A stretch of DNA of 64,000 nucleotides from a virus. The position numbers were made by a program, and so were the translations under genes. This document shows, one piece after another, positions 54,893 through 62,592 of this stretch; the first letter of the stretch is position 1; each line of letters begins with the position of its first letter. The notes under the pieces were generated by a model. It searched no databases. It was given only the letters and a program-made list of their open reading frames with translations, and was not told the DNA's origin. Location of the stretch: positions 103,581 through 167,580 of IMG/VR virus record IMGVR_UViG_3300002231_001563. One strand, 5' to 3'.

Positions 54893-55270
54893 ATGAACAA
54901 GGGCGCAATCAACAAATTTATGCAGATAGAAAGCCAGCAATTCGAGCAAACTGGATGGGCCGCCTCCTTTCAGGGCGCGGAACTCTTGAAATACTACTTG
55001 GAAACATTATTATTGGAGAACAGAAAAATGAAAGAAGTGTATTTAATAACGTATGAACATAAGCATGGAACCGACCATACCGTAGTTACAACCCAGGCTT
55101 TGGCCGAAGCTGCCATGCTCGAATGGGTCAGGGAATGGAGAACCGTTTTCCAAATTCCAGAGGATATAACTGACGAACAAGCATTACAAGATTGGTATGA
55201 CCTCACAGGATGTACCGAATCGGTCACTTATGAAATTATGCCAGTTATCACCGAAATTAAAACCTCTTGA
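54893..55270 (+). CDS. hypothetical early protein
   Basis: GGGGGG RBS-like; YLITYEHKHG. Confidence 0.55.
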   Translation: MNKGAINKFMQIESQQFEQTGWAASFQGAELLKYYLETLLLENRKMKEVYLITYEHKHGTDHTVVTTQALAEAAMLEWVREWRTVFQIPEDITDEQALQDWYDLTGCTESVTYEIMPVITEIKTS

Positions 55271-55321
55271 CATTCTCTTGACAACTTTTCTCTTGACTCA
55301 CCCCTCTCCAGGGTGTATAAT
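55267..55321 (+). promoter_or_regulatory. triple -35 early promoter, copy 6
   Basis: TTGACA(55267) TTGACA(55278) TTGACT(55293)-17-TATAAT. Confidence 0.85.
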
Positions 55322-55371
55322 GTATATAGAAATTAAGCCACTCACCAACCTAAAATTCTGGAGTCTATCAC

Positions 55372-56172
55372 ATGGCATATTCACGCTCACATCACAAAAG
55401 AACAGTTAGATGCTCGTATTGTTACGAATCTGGCCACAATCGCTCATCTTGTCCGAAGCACGCGGCCAAAATCGAAGAAATCCGCGCTACCGACCCTAAT
55501 AGTTGGCAAGTTGCCCGCTATGATGAGAAGAAAGCCAAGCGAGCCCGAAAAGGGAAGGACCGCAAGTGTTCTTATTGTGATACGAAAGGTCACAATCGCG
55601 CCACTTGCCCCGAACTCAAAGCGCATATGGCAATTACGAAGGAGCAAAACGCGGAGTACCGCAAAATGGTCTATGGCCGCCTCCAGCACCACGGGCTATT
55701 CGCAGGTGCGCTCGTTAATAGTGATAGGAATCGTCAACCCGTAAATCCGCAGGATTATGATTGTAATGCGTATTATCGCCAGCCAATGGTCATTAAGGCG
55801 GTGAACTGGATGGGTATCAATTTCTGGAATCACACCTACCAATATTTCGATAACGATGATATCTCCCGCCAATCTCCCTTTATGGCAGTACCTTTGAATA
55901 ACCTTTCAAAGCCTTGGTTTGATAATCTCGGTTGGCCAATTGATAAGGACCTTTTAACGCATATTTTGGGCGAATCTACTGCTAATGAGTGGCTCGATGG
56001 TACTCATTGGCGTGCGGAAGAAGCCAGCTATTACTTTATCGAGGTTCAAAGCCCCGTTCCGACCCAGCAGCCACCAAAAGGCTGGTTGGAAGCGGAAGAT
56101 AAGGCGATGAAGCTGGCCTATAAGAAACGTAGCTCCTACATGGGACCAATTCGCCGCCATGACCCGGCATAA
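55372..56172 (+). CDS. double CCHC zinc-knuckle protein
   Basis: CSYCYESGHNRSSC and CSYCDTKGHNRATC. Confidence 0.75.
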   Translation: MAYSRSHHKRTVRCSYCYESGHNRSSCPKHAAKIEEIRATDPNSWQVARYDEKKAKRARKGKDRKCSYCDTKGHNRATCPELKAHMAITKEQNAEYRKMVYGRLQHHGLFAGALVNSDRNRQPVNPQDYDCNAYYRQPMVIKAVNWMGINFWNHTYQYFDNDDISRQSPFMAVPLNNLSKPWFDNLGWPIDKDLLTHILGESTANEWLDGTHWRAEEASYYFIEVQSPVPTQQPPKGWLEAEDKAMKLAYKKRSSYMGPIRRHDPA

Positions 56173-56179
56173 TCGAGAC

Positions 56180-56234
56180 TTGACATTCTCTTGACAACTT
56201 TTCTCTTGACCTACGCTCAAATAACGTGTATAAT
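56180..56234 (+). promoter_or_regulatory. triple -35 early promoter, copy 7
   Basis: TTGACA(56180) TTGACA(56191) TTGACC(56206)-17-TATAAT. Confidence 0.85.
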
Positions 56235-56303
56235 GTATATAGAAATTGAGCGATTCCCCTTACACCCTACTACCTAAATCACAGACCTAGCTGGAGCTAT
56301 CAC

Positions 56304-57458
56304 ATGTCAGTTGCTATCACATTCGCTAACCTTCATTCCATGATTCCCACCCTTCTTTCGGGTGACGAATCCGACCTTTATTCCGTCCTTATCCGAGGTC
56401 GTCACGGTATCGGTAAATCATGGATTGCCTATCAAACTGCACGCGGCCTTGCATGGGACGCGACCACCAACAAGACGCGCCCGCTAAAGGGCGACGAAAC
56501 GTCATTACCGGTTGTGGAGATTCGTGCATCTCAAATGACTGAAGGCGACTTGCTCGGTCTGCCATCACCGCACGATGTAAACGTGAACGGCGAACAAGCC
56601 GCTTCCTTACGTCCTTTTGCTTGGCTCGTCAAAGCCTGTACTGAACCCGTTGTTTTGTTCCTCGATGAAGTTGACCGAGCGACCACCGAGGTTCGACAGG
56701 GATTTTTCCAACTTGGAGACTCCCGCCAGATTAACGGGTGGAAACTCCACCCCGGCACCGTTGTATTCGGCGCGGTCAATGGCGGCGTTCATGCTGCACA
56801 ATACCAAGTGGCAGACATGGACCCGGCAGAATTAGACCGCTGGGTCACTTTTGACGTTGAACCGTCTGTTGAGGATTGGCTAACTTGGGGTAAATCCGAG
56901 GTTCACGCTATCATTTGGGACTTTATCAATCAGAATAAAGACCACTTGGAACACAAGGGCGAATTTGAGCCCGGTACGGTTTATCCTTCGCGCCGCTCAT
57001 GGCATCGCCTTAGTAACACACTTGCTAAGGTCGATATGCTCGATAACGAGTCTGCCGACATGGGCCTTCTCTTTAACCTATCTCACGGCTTTGTCGGCTT
57101 TGAAGCTGCCGTTGCTCTTCGCGACTTTGTTGAGAACTACGAACGCCAAGTAACCGTCGAGGATATCTTAGACGATGGTAAGATAGATAAAACCAAAGAT
57201 TTCGGCCTTGTTGACCACGTTGCTCTCATTGAGAAGATGGACGCAAGCGATGTATTCACCGCTTCCATCCCCGAATCTCGCTTGATTAACTTGGTTAATT
57301 ACTTCGATACCCTTCCGTCAGAAGCCAGGATGAAACTGTTTACTACGCTAACCGCTGCCAATAGTCAGGTATCTGCTGAAAATGGCTCGAACTTCCATAA
57401 AGAGCTTGCTAAGCAGGGTAAGGTCGAGGCGTTCATTAAGCTGCTCGGCGGCAAATAA
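56304..57458 (+). CDS. MoxR-like AAA+ ATPase
   Basis: Walker A GRHGIGKS, IRASQMTEGDLLGLP, Walker B VLFLDEVDRA, MDPAELDRW, PSRRSW. Confidence 0.85.
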   Translation: MSVAITFANLHSMIPTLLSGDESDLYSVLIRGRHGIGKSWIAYQTARGLAWDATTNKTRPLKGDETSLPVVEIRASQMTEGDLLGLPSPHDVNVNGEQAASLRPFAWLVKACTEPVVLFLDEVDRATTEVRQGFFQLGDSRQINGWKLHPGTVVFGAVNGGVHAAQYQVADMDPAELDRWVTFDVEPSVEDWLTWGKSEVHAIIWDFINQNKDHLEHKGEFEPGTVYPSRRSWHRLSNTLAKVDMLDNESADMGLLFNLSHGFVGFEAAVALRDFVENYERQVTVEDILDDGKIDKTKDFGLVDHVALIEKMDASDVFTASIPESRLINLVNYFDTLPSEARMKLFTTLTAANSQVSAENGSNFHKELAKQGKVEAFIKLLGGK

Positions 57459-57485
57459 TTTAGAGGTGTGATAGCCCCGGTTGAA

Positions 57486-57524
57486 CGGGGCATATGCGCC
57501 TCACCGTGTATATGTCCCGTTTTT
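57486..57524 (+). terminator. intrinsic terminator with competing upstream hairpin
   Basis: CGGGGCATATGCGC-ctcacc-GTGTATATGTCCCG (14 bp incl. G-U) + TTTTT. Confidence 0.7.
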
Positions 57525-57540
57525 ACCTCCCTTATTCCTC

Positions 57541-57595
57541 TTGACATTTTCTTTACAATTTTTATGTAGACTTTTACATCTTTAGGGTGTATAAT
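57541..57595 (+). promoter_or_regulatory. triple -35 early promoter, copy 8
   Basis: TTGACA(57541) TTTACA(57552) TAGACT(57567)-17-TATAAT. Confidence 0.85.
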
Positions 57596-57620
57596 GTATA
57601 TATAGATTGGAGCTTCCCTT

Positions 57621-58931
57621 ATGACTACTACCGACCCAAAGCCCTTTGACCTTGACCAGCATATTGTTGGCCTTCTAAGGGATGAACCCTTCTTCGCTGC
57701 CTTATCTCGACGACTCGAAAAGGTAGCTACAAAGGCGGTTCCTACCGCTGGCGTACGCTTCAACGATGACCGCTGCCGGTTTGAACTGTTCTATAATCCT
57801 GATTTTATGGGCGAAATCCACGAACAGGATGAAAAGTATGTTAAAGGCGTGCTTTTGCATGAGTTTTACCATATTATACTTTTACACGTCACTTCGCGCA
57901 TGCCTGAAGGAAAAATGACGAAGAAATGGAACTATGCCACCGACCTCGCTATTAACAGCGAACTAACTGTGTTTGCGCGTGATATGGATGCGCCGACGGG
58001 CTATGTGGTTGAAAGTTCACTTTTACCCTTAGATAAAGCCCTTATTCCGACTGTGGGTCCATTCGCTGAAATGGCCCCCCACCTCTCGGCTGAGGAATAT
58101 ATGACTTTGTTACCTGACAATGGAGAAGAGCCCGACCAAGGCTCTCCAGGGGGCCAAGGTGACGGTGAACCCACCGATGGCGATGGCGACGGGCAAGGCG
58201 ACGGTGAAGGACAAGGTAAAAAGCCGGGAACGGGGAGCGGTAACGGTTTTGATGACCATTCCGATTGGGGCTCGTCTGATAGTGCTGATGAGAAGCGCAA
58301 AATCGCCGAGGAACGCTTAAAAGAGAGCATCAAAGAGGCATATGTCGAGGCTCAATCCAAGGGCTTCGGGTCTGTTTCATCGGCTATGAAACGAACGATT
58401 AAAGAGGTTATAACTCCTAAAGTTAATTGGCGTTCGGTCTTGCGCTCCTTTGTTAAAGCCAGTCAGCGTGCCGACCGTACCTCGACAATCAAGAGGTTAA
58501 ACCGGCGTTATGCTTATATCCACCCAGGCAAAAAAGCCAAGCGTCAGGCGAAAATCGCCGTTTCAATTGACCAATCGGGCAGTGTCTCCGATAGCATGCT
58601 TGTTGCCTTCTATTCCGAGCTTGAGAAGTTGGCACAACTGGCAGAATTTACGATTGTCCCCTTCGATACTGTTGTATCCGAAGAGCACATCCACGTCTGG
58701 AAGAAAGGCGAGCGACATGAGAAAAAGCGTTATATGTGCGGTGGAACCTGCTTTAACGCCCCGACGAAGTGGGTCAATGAGAATAAATTTGATGGTCACA
58801 TCGTTTTGACCGATATGGAGGCCCCTAAGCCGGTTCCTAGCAAATGCCAGCGCATGTGGATGACAACTAAGGAATGCGCAGAACGCCCCTACTTCCAGAC
58901 TAAAGAGCGAGTGATTGCAATCAATGACTAG
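57621..58931 (+). CDS. metallopeptidase-like (HExxH) + vWA domain protein, MoxR partner (DUF2201-like)
   Basis: VPTAGV, LLHEFYH, WNYATDLAIN, Gly/Asp linker, VSIDQSGSV MIDAS, GGTCF, LTDME. Confidence 0.85.
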   Translation: MTTTDPKPFDLDQHIVGLLRDEPFFAALSRRLEKVATKAVPTAGVRFNDDRCRFELFYNPDFMGEIHEQDEKYVKGVLLHEFYHIILLHVTSRMPEGKMTKKWNYATDLAINSELTVFARDMDAPTGYVVESSLLPLDKALIPTVGPFAEMAPHLSAEEYMTLLPDNGEEPDQGSPGGQGDGEPTDGDGDGQGDGEGQGKKPGTGSGNGFDDHSDWGSSDSADEKRKIAEERLKESIKEAYVEAQSKGFGSVSSAMKRTIKEVITPKVNWRSVLRSFVKASQRADRTSTIKRLNRRYAYIHPGKKAKRQAKIAVSIDQSGSVSDSMLVAFYSELEKLAQLAEFTIVPFDTVVSEEHIHVWKKGERHEKKRYMCGGTCFNAPTKWVNENKFDGHIVLTDMEAPKPVPSKCQRMWMTTKECAERPYFQTKERVIAIND

Positions 58932-59160
58932 AACTACCTTCAAAATTGAAGAATTGAAAGCGGGCGATGTCATTACAATGCCCCGACTTGACAGTGAAGA
59001 CGAGGTTCAAAGGTGGTTAATCGTTGACGAGCCAATGACAAACCTTTTAACCGTTCTCGTATTACTTGACTCTGGCAACCGATACGGTTGGCTTGGCAAC
59101 CTCATCACCGTCGCCAAAAGCGAGATAATTATTGATAAATGGAGGCTCTTGTGTCAGTAA
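58924..59160 (+). CDS. small beta-barrel family paralogue
   Basis: LKAGDVITM...RWLIVD...TVLVLL...KWRLL. Confidence 0.6.
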   Translation: MTRTTFKIEELKAGDVITMPRLDSEDEVQRWLIVDEPMTNLLTVLVLLDSGNRYGWLGNLITVAKSEIIIDKWRLLCQ

Positions 59161-59435
59161 CACACATGGGCGAAGTCCATCACCCGGTGTCGGCAGACTA
59201 TCCCCGCACCTTCATGCTATCCCAGGTTAAAATCGGTGATATGATGGTAGCTTATCGCAAGGGGCAAGTTAGCCAACAATGGATAATCACTAGCATATCG
59301 CCTGACGTGGTAAAGGTGTATGTTTCTTTTTCACACAGTAAGTCATATCTACATGCTGGCCGAGATTTTGAATTCTACAAAAGCAGCTTTCTTAGCTGGC
59401 AAACAAAGAATAAGTGGGAGCTTCGGGTAGCCTAA
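59139..59435 (+). CDS. small beta-barrel family paralogue
   Basis: VKIGDMMVA...QWIITS...KVYVSF...KWELR. Confidence 0.55.
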   Translation: MEALVSVTHMGEVHHPVSADYPRTFMLSQVKIGDMMVAYRKGQVSQQWIITSISPDVVKVYVSFSHSKSYLHAGRDFEFYKSSFLSWQTKNKWELRVA

Positions 59436-59653
59436 TGGGACTTAGAGAGGGCGATATGATTAGGAGCAAAATAAACGGCATTGAAGGTATAATAACCGGC
59501 TTCGATACCTCCAAAGGTACTGGCCTATATCATACTATCCTCATATTTTGCACTTACTCCCCTCATAATTCCCGGTACATCAATTGCACGATTCCACTCC
59601 GCGCATCTTCCGCGATGATAGAGAGGATATGGCCCCCAAGGTTTGAACGATGA
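59435..59653 (+). CDS. small beta-barrel family paralogue
   Basis: LREGDMIRS...GIITG...LIFCTY. Confidence 0.55.
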   Translation: MGLREGDMIRSKINGIEGIITGFDTSKGTGLYHTILIFCTYSPHNSRYINCTIPLRASSAMIERIWPPRFER

Positions 59654-59892
59654 AGAAAAGCGAGCTTCAAAGGGGCGATATAAAGAGGGGCCAAATTATT
59701 AAGTCGGCTCACGCCACGTTGTTGGTGCTTCAAGTTTTGGGATTGTCCAGGGTCAACCCCCTAGATGAGCGACTGCGGGTGTACGTGCTTCAGGATATGA
59801 TAAGTAGAACGCCGAATACTATTGAAGTCTATGTGGTCGACCCTGGACAATGGCGCATTGTAAGTGATATATCGCCCGAGGCCACATTATGA
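59650..59892 (+). CDS. small beta-barrel family paralogue
   Basis: IKRGQIIKS...LLVLQ...RVYVLQ...QWRIV. Confidence 0.6.
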   Translation: MKKSELQRGDIKRGQIIKSAHATLLVLQVLGLSRVNPLDERLRVYVLQDMISRTPNTIEVYVVDPGQWRIVSDISPEATL

Positions 59893-59904
59893 ACTATCTA
59901 CTAT

Positions 59905-60135
59905 GTGACCAAAAGATACCTTCCAGGCCAGTTAATCCGATATATACGCACGGGGGCTATCTATCTGCTAATCGAGGAAGCGAGCATGCCTCGACTAAAT
60001 CCCGCTTGGAAGGCCGAAAATGGCTACGCCTTCAAAGCCTACGTGGTCTTCACGGGTCGGAGTTGGTCAAATGTGGGCGATGAAATTGAAGTATTCATCT
60101 TAAAGAAATCCCAATACTACGAGGTTTTGAGTTAA
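59905..60135 (+). CDS. small beta-barrel family paralogue
   Basis: YLPGQLIRY...YLLIE...KAYVVF...YEVLS. Confidence 0.55.
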   Translation: MTKRYLPGQLIRYIRTGAIYLLIEEASMPRLNPAWKAENGYAFKAYVVFTGRSWSNVGDEIEVFILKKSQYYEVLS

Positions 60136-60136
60136 A

Positions 60137-60409
60137 ATGCAGTTAAAAAGAGGACAATTGGTAAAGAACACTGGCCCCACCACTCTGCGTCTGGCGATTA
60201 TCACCCGCGTATGGCAGAGTAAACCTGCCTTTTGCCCACAAGTGGAGGTGATGTGGATGTATTATCCAGCCCGCCCTGAAATGGTAGGAACAACCACCCA
60301 AATTGACAGTCGCCGCTTTGGTAGTGAGCGTGCATGGACTCTGCATTCGAGTGGTTACGTGATTGTGCAGGATGAAACGGGCGAACCGCCGCCCCCTTGC
60401 ATGGTGTGA
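60137..60409 (+). CDS. small beta-barrel family paralogue
   Basis: LKRGQLVKN...AIITRV...EVMWMY. Confidence 0.6.
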   Translation: MQLKRGQLVKNTGPTTLRLAIITRVWQSKPAFCPQVEVMWMYYPARPEMVGTTTQIDSRRFGSERAWTLHSSGYVIVQDETGEPPPPCMV

Positions 60410-60414
60410 GCGTG

Positions 60415-60444
60415 ATTCGCGAAATTTTTATTCGCCAAATTTTT
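60415..60444. repeat. 15-bp tandem direct repeat with A/T tracts
   Basis: ATTCGCGAAATTTTT ATTCGCCAAATTTTT. Confidence 0.7.
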
Positions 60445-60469
60445 TCATAAAGGACTTACAAAGTGATAT

Positions 60470-60754
60470 ATGGCAGAGCCATTTAATATTAAAGATTATA
60501 ACGTCGGGGATTTAGTGGGGTTGAAATTCAACTATTTCCTCAAACAGCATCATAAAGACAAGACAAGGGAAATCCACGGCATCCTCTTAGAGTCTGACGT
60601 TTCCGAGGGTTGGAAGGTGCTTATCACCTATGACTCGCATGGCCGTGCCCTTGGGACACATGGTCATTATTCGAGTTCATGGCTTTCAAACGCCTCTAAG
60701 AGCGACAAGGTGTGGAAGATATCCGAGGCCCTAGAACATGAAAGTAAACTTTAA
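60470..60754 (+). CDS. small beta-barrel family paralogue
   Basis: YNVGDLVGL...GILLE...KVLITY...VWKIS. Confidence 0.6.
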   Translation: MAEPFNIKDYNVGDLVGLKFNYFLKQHHKDKTREIHGILLESDVSEGWKVLITYDSHGRALGTHGHYSSSWLSNASKSDKVWKISEALEHESKL

Positions 60755-61016
60755 ACCAGGGGATATCGTGACAGACTCTTGGGCAAGAGATTATCCGCCG
60801 GAGTCGACGCCTCGCATGATAGTGTTGGAAGTAAGCCATCACACGAGATATGCCAGGGTGTATACCATCTATGAGCCAGCAAAACTTACAAGGGTTACAA
60901 GGGCTCTAGGTGGTGAAATGCTAATACCAAACTCCAAAATCGAGAATCCTTATACCGTACGCAGTTGTAACAAATTGATTCGCGTATGTGAGATAAATAA
61001 GGTTCGAGGCCAATAA
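60738..61016 (+). CDS. small beta-barrel family paralogue
   Basis: FKPGDIVTD...MIVLEV...RVYTIY. Confidence 0.6.
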   Translation: MKVNFKPGDIVTDSWARDYPPESTPRMIVLEVSHHTRYARVYTIYEPAKLTRVTRALGGEMLIPNSKIENPYTVRSCNKLIRVCEINKVRGQ

Positions 61017-61056
61017 AATTAAAATGGTATAATTACAGTATAAGGAAGGCTATAAT

Positions 61057-61431
61057 GTGAAGGAGCAAATAATAAAGGGTATAACTACTATATCTCCAGG
61101 GGATATTATAGCCGAGACTCCTGACAAATCGTCATGCGAGGAATATATCGCTGTATACTTGATTGTGGGCAAATTGATTGAACGTGAAGAATTAGATTTG
61201 CACAAGTACCAGCGAACCGTAACGTACTTTAAAACTTATTTATTATACGTTGGGAAGGAATATGATAGTACATGGGCTAAGCACAATAACCCAGGAGATT
61301 ACTACCTTTTGAGTGAACACGAAGTTTCAAACTATCACGACTGGATAATCCTGTTTAAATCTGATATACCCTGGAAAAAGGGGGTAAATGTGGAAGAAAG
61401 TGGATTATCGTGGGATAAGCCCGATTTTTAA
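61057..61431 (+). CDS. small beta-barrel family paralogue
   Basis: ISPGDIIAE...YLIVG...KTYLLY...DWIIL. Confidence 0.6.
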   Translation: MKEQIIKGITTISPGDIIAETPDKSSCEEYIAVYLIVGKLIEREELDLHKYQRTVTYFKTYLLYVGKEYDSTWAKHNNPGDYYLLSEHEVSNYHDWIILFKSDIPWKKGVNVEESGLSWDKPDF

Positions 61432-61826
61432 AAAAGGTAGATTTAAATTACTGAATAAATGATTTTTAATATGGGAGGGAGAAACGTAGCAATTTGATGG
61501 TGGATATAGTACATTCTAACTAGACAATCAAGTAATGTATTGTAATAAATAATTGACAATTAAATGCTTGACAAGCATATAGGAGTTTGAAACAGAATAA
61601 TATGGAATCACTATTAAAGAATATCTTGCTGCTCTTTGGCGTGTTGTTCATTATCGACTTTGTAAGGGAATATCCAAAGACCTTCGAGAACATAGATACA
61701 ACCGTCGATATGGTGAAGGATAAAGTAGGTGCAAAATAAACCTAGCATAATCGAGGTTGTAATACTACTATCGCTTAGTGTTGTTATAGCTATTGGATTA
61801 TTTACTTACAATGCGGGATATTAAAG

Positions 61827-61945
61827 ACATGCCCCTGGAAGGATTTTAAAGGGCCTCTGACGCTTTTCACGCTATAGCATCCGGTTAGTCGTCGCGAACG
61901 CTCTGCGAGCGTGTGAGGCCCTTTAAGAGCGTTACAGGGGTATGT
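61827..61945. repeat. long imperfect inverted repeat / stem-loop in intergenic DNA
   Basis: ACATGCCCCTG(61827)/CAGGGGTATGT(61935) and TTAAAGGGCCTC(61846)/GAGGCCCTTTAA(61915). Confidence 0.8.
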
Positions 61946-62083
61946 AGCGGCCCGTCGTCAGGTTAAGTCGGGTCAGTCGATGCACCGTCATGCGCACCGC
62001 CGGTACCCAACGCGCTGGAATTTCTGGCAGAAATATATAATATAGTGTCGGCGATAAAGCCGGTTATAACTTATTAATAAGTC

Positions 62084-62138
62084 TTGACATTTAGTTGACA
62101 AGATATATATGGACAAGGGCGGAAAAAACGAGTATAAT
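62084..62138 (+). promoter_or_regulatory. triple -35 early promoter, copy 9
   Basis: TTGACA(62084) TTGACA(62095) TGGACA(62110)-17-TATAAT. Confidence 0.8.
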
Positions 62139-62221
62139 ATATATATGAAAAGCCGCTCCCCCTCACAATTTCCCCTTACCCGTCGCGTCGCTCCTGTGCT
62201 CGCGATATTGGAGTTTGTTCT

Positions 62222-62452
62222 ATGTATATTCTTATCACCGAAAATGGGCCTACAACGCCCCTTAACGCTTGGCAGGTTCGCTGCTGGGCGTGTGCCATGC
62301 AGTCGAATGCGCGCCTTAGACCTGACCATCCGGACGACGTCGATTTGGTGCTTGCAATCCAGCTTTTGCAGGAGCACGGCGTCGACGTTAAGCCGTCTGG
62401 CCTCACGGTACCGCATCCCGGGGACGTGGCCGAAGGCATGCCTACTCGATAA
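62222..62452 (+). CDS. hypothetical early protein
   Basis: GGAG RBS; first ORF after promoter copy 9. Confidence 0.55.
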   Translation: MYILITENGPTTPLNAWQVRCWACAMQSNARLRPDHPDDVDLVLAIQLLQEHGVDVKPSGLTVPHPGDVAEGMPTR

Positions 62453-62592
62453 CCCCCTTTCTAACTCTCATATGGAGGATATTCCTTTGCTGACATTCAA
62501 TTGAGCGCGTTATGACTGGAAGTCGCGCCCCAGCTGATTCCTTACTTTAAACCTTAATTATTCCTTACCCCCTAACAAATCGAGCTATCACA

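Noticed and set aside
57468-57569. 33-codon leader peptide across the attenuator-like element
   Set aside because: GAGG lies only 1 nt from the GTG, too close for efficient initiation, and the frame runs through the next promoter.
17351-62138. ORF-track starts at TTGACA or GTGTATAAT (17351, 31256, 49261, 51223, 52815, 54108)
   Set aside because: These starts fall inside promoter boxes; downstream starts with proper SD sequences were used instead.
49208-62138. CRISPR array or DGR interpretation of the repeated 55-bp elements and paralogous ORFs
   Set aside because: Repeats are 0.8-4.5 kb apart, separated by whole genes and match promoter consensus. No cas or reverse-transcriptase gene, and no template/variable repeat pair, is seen.
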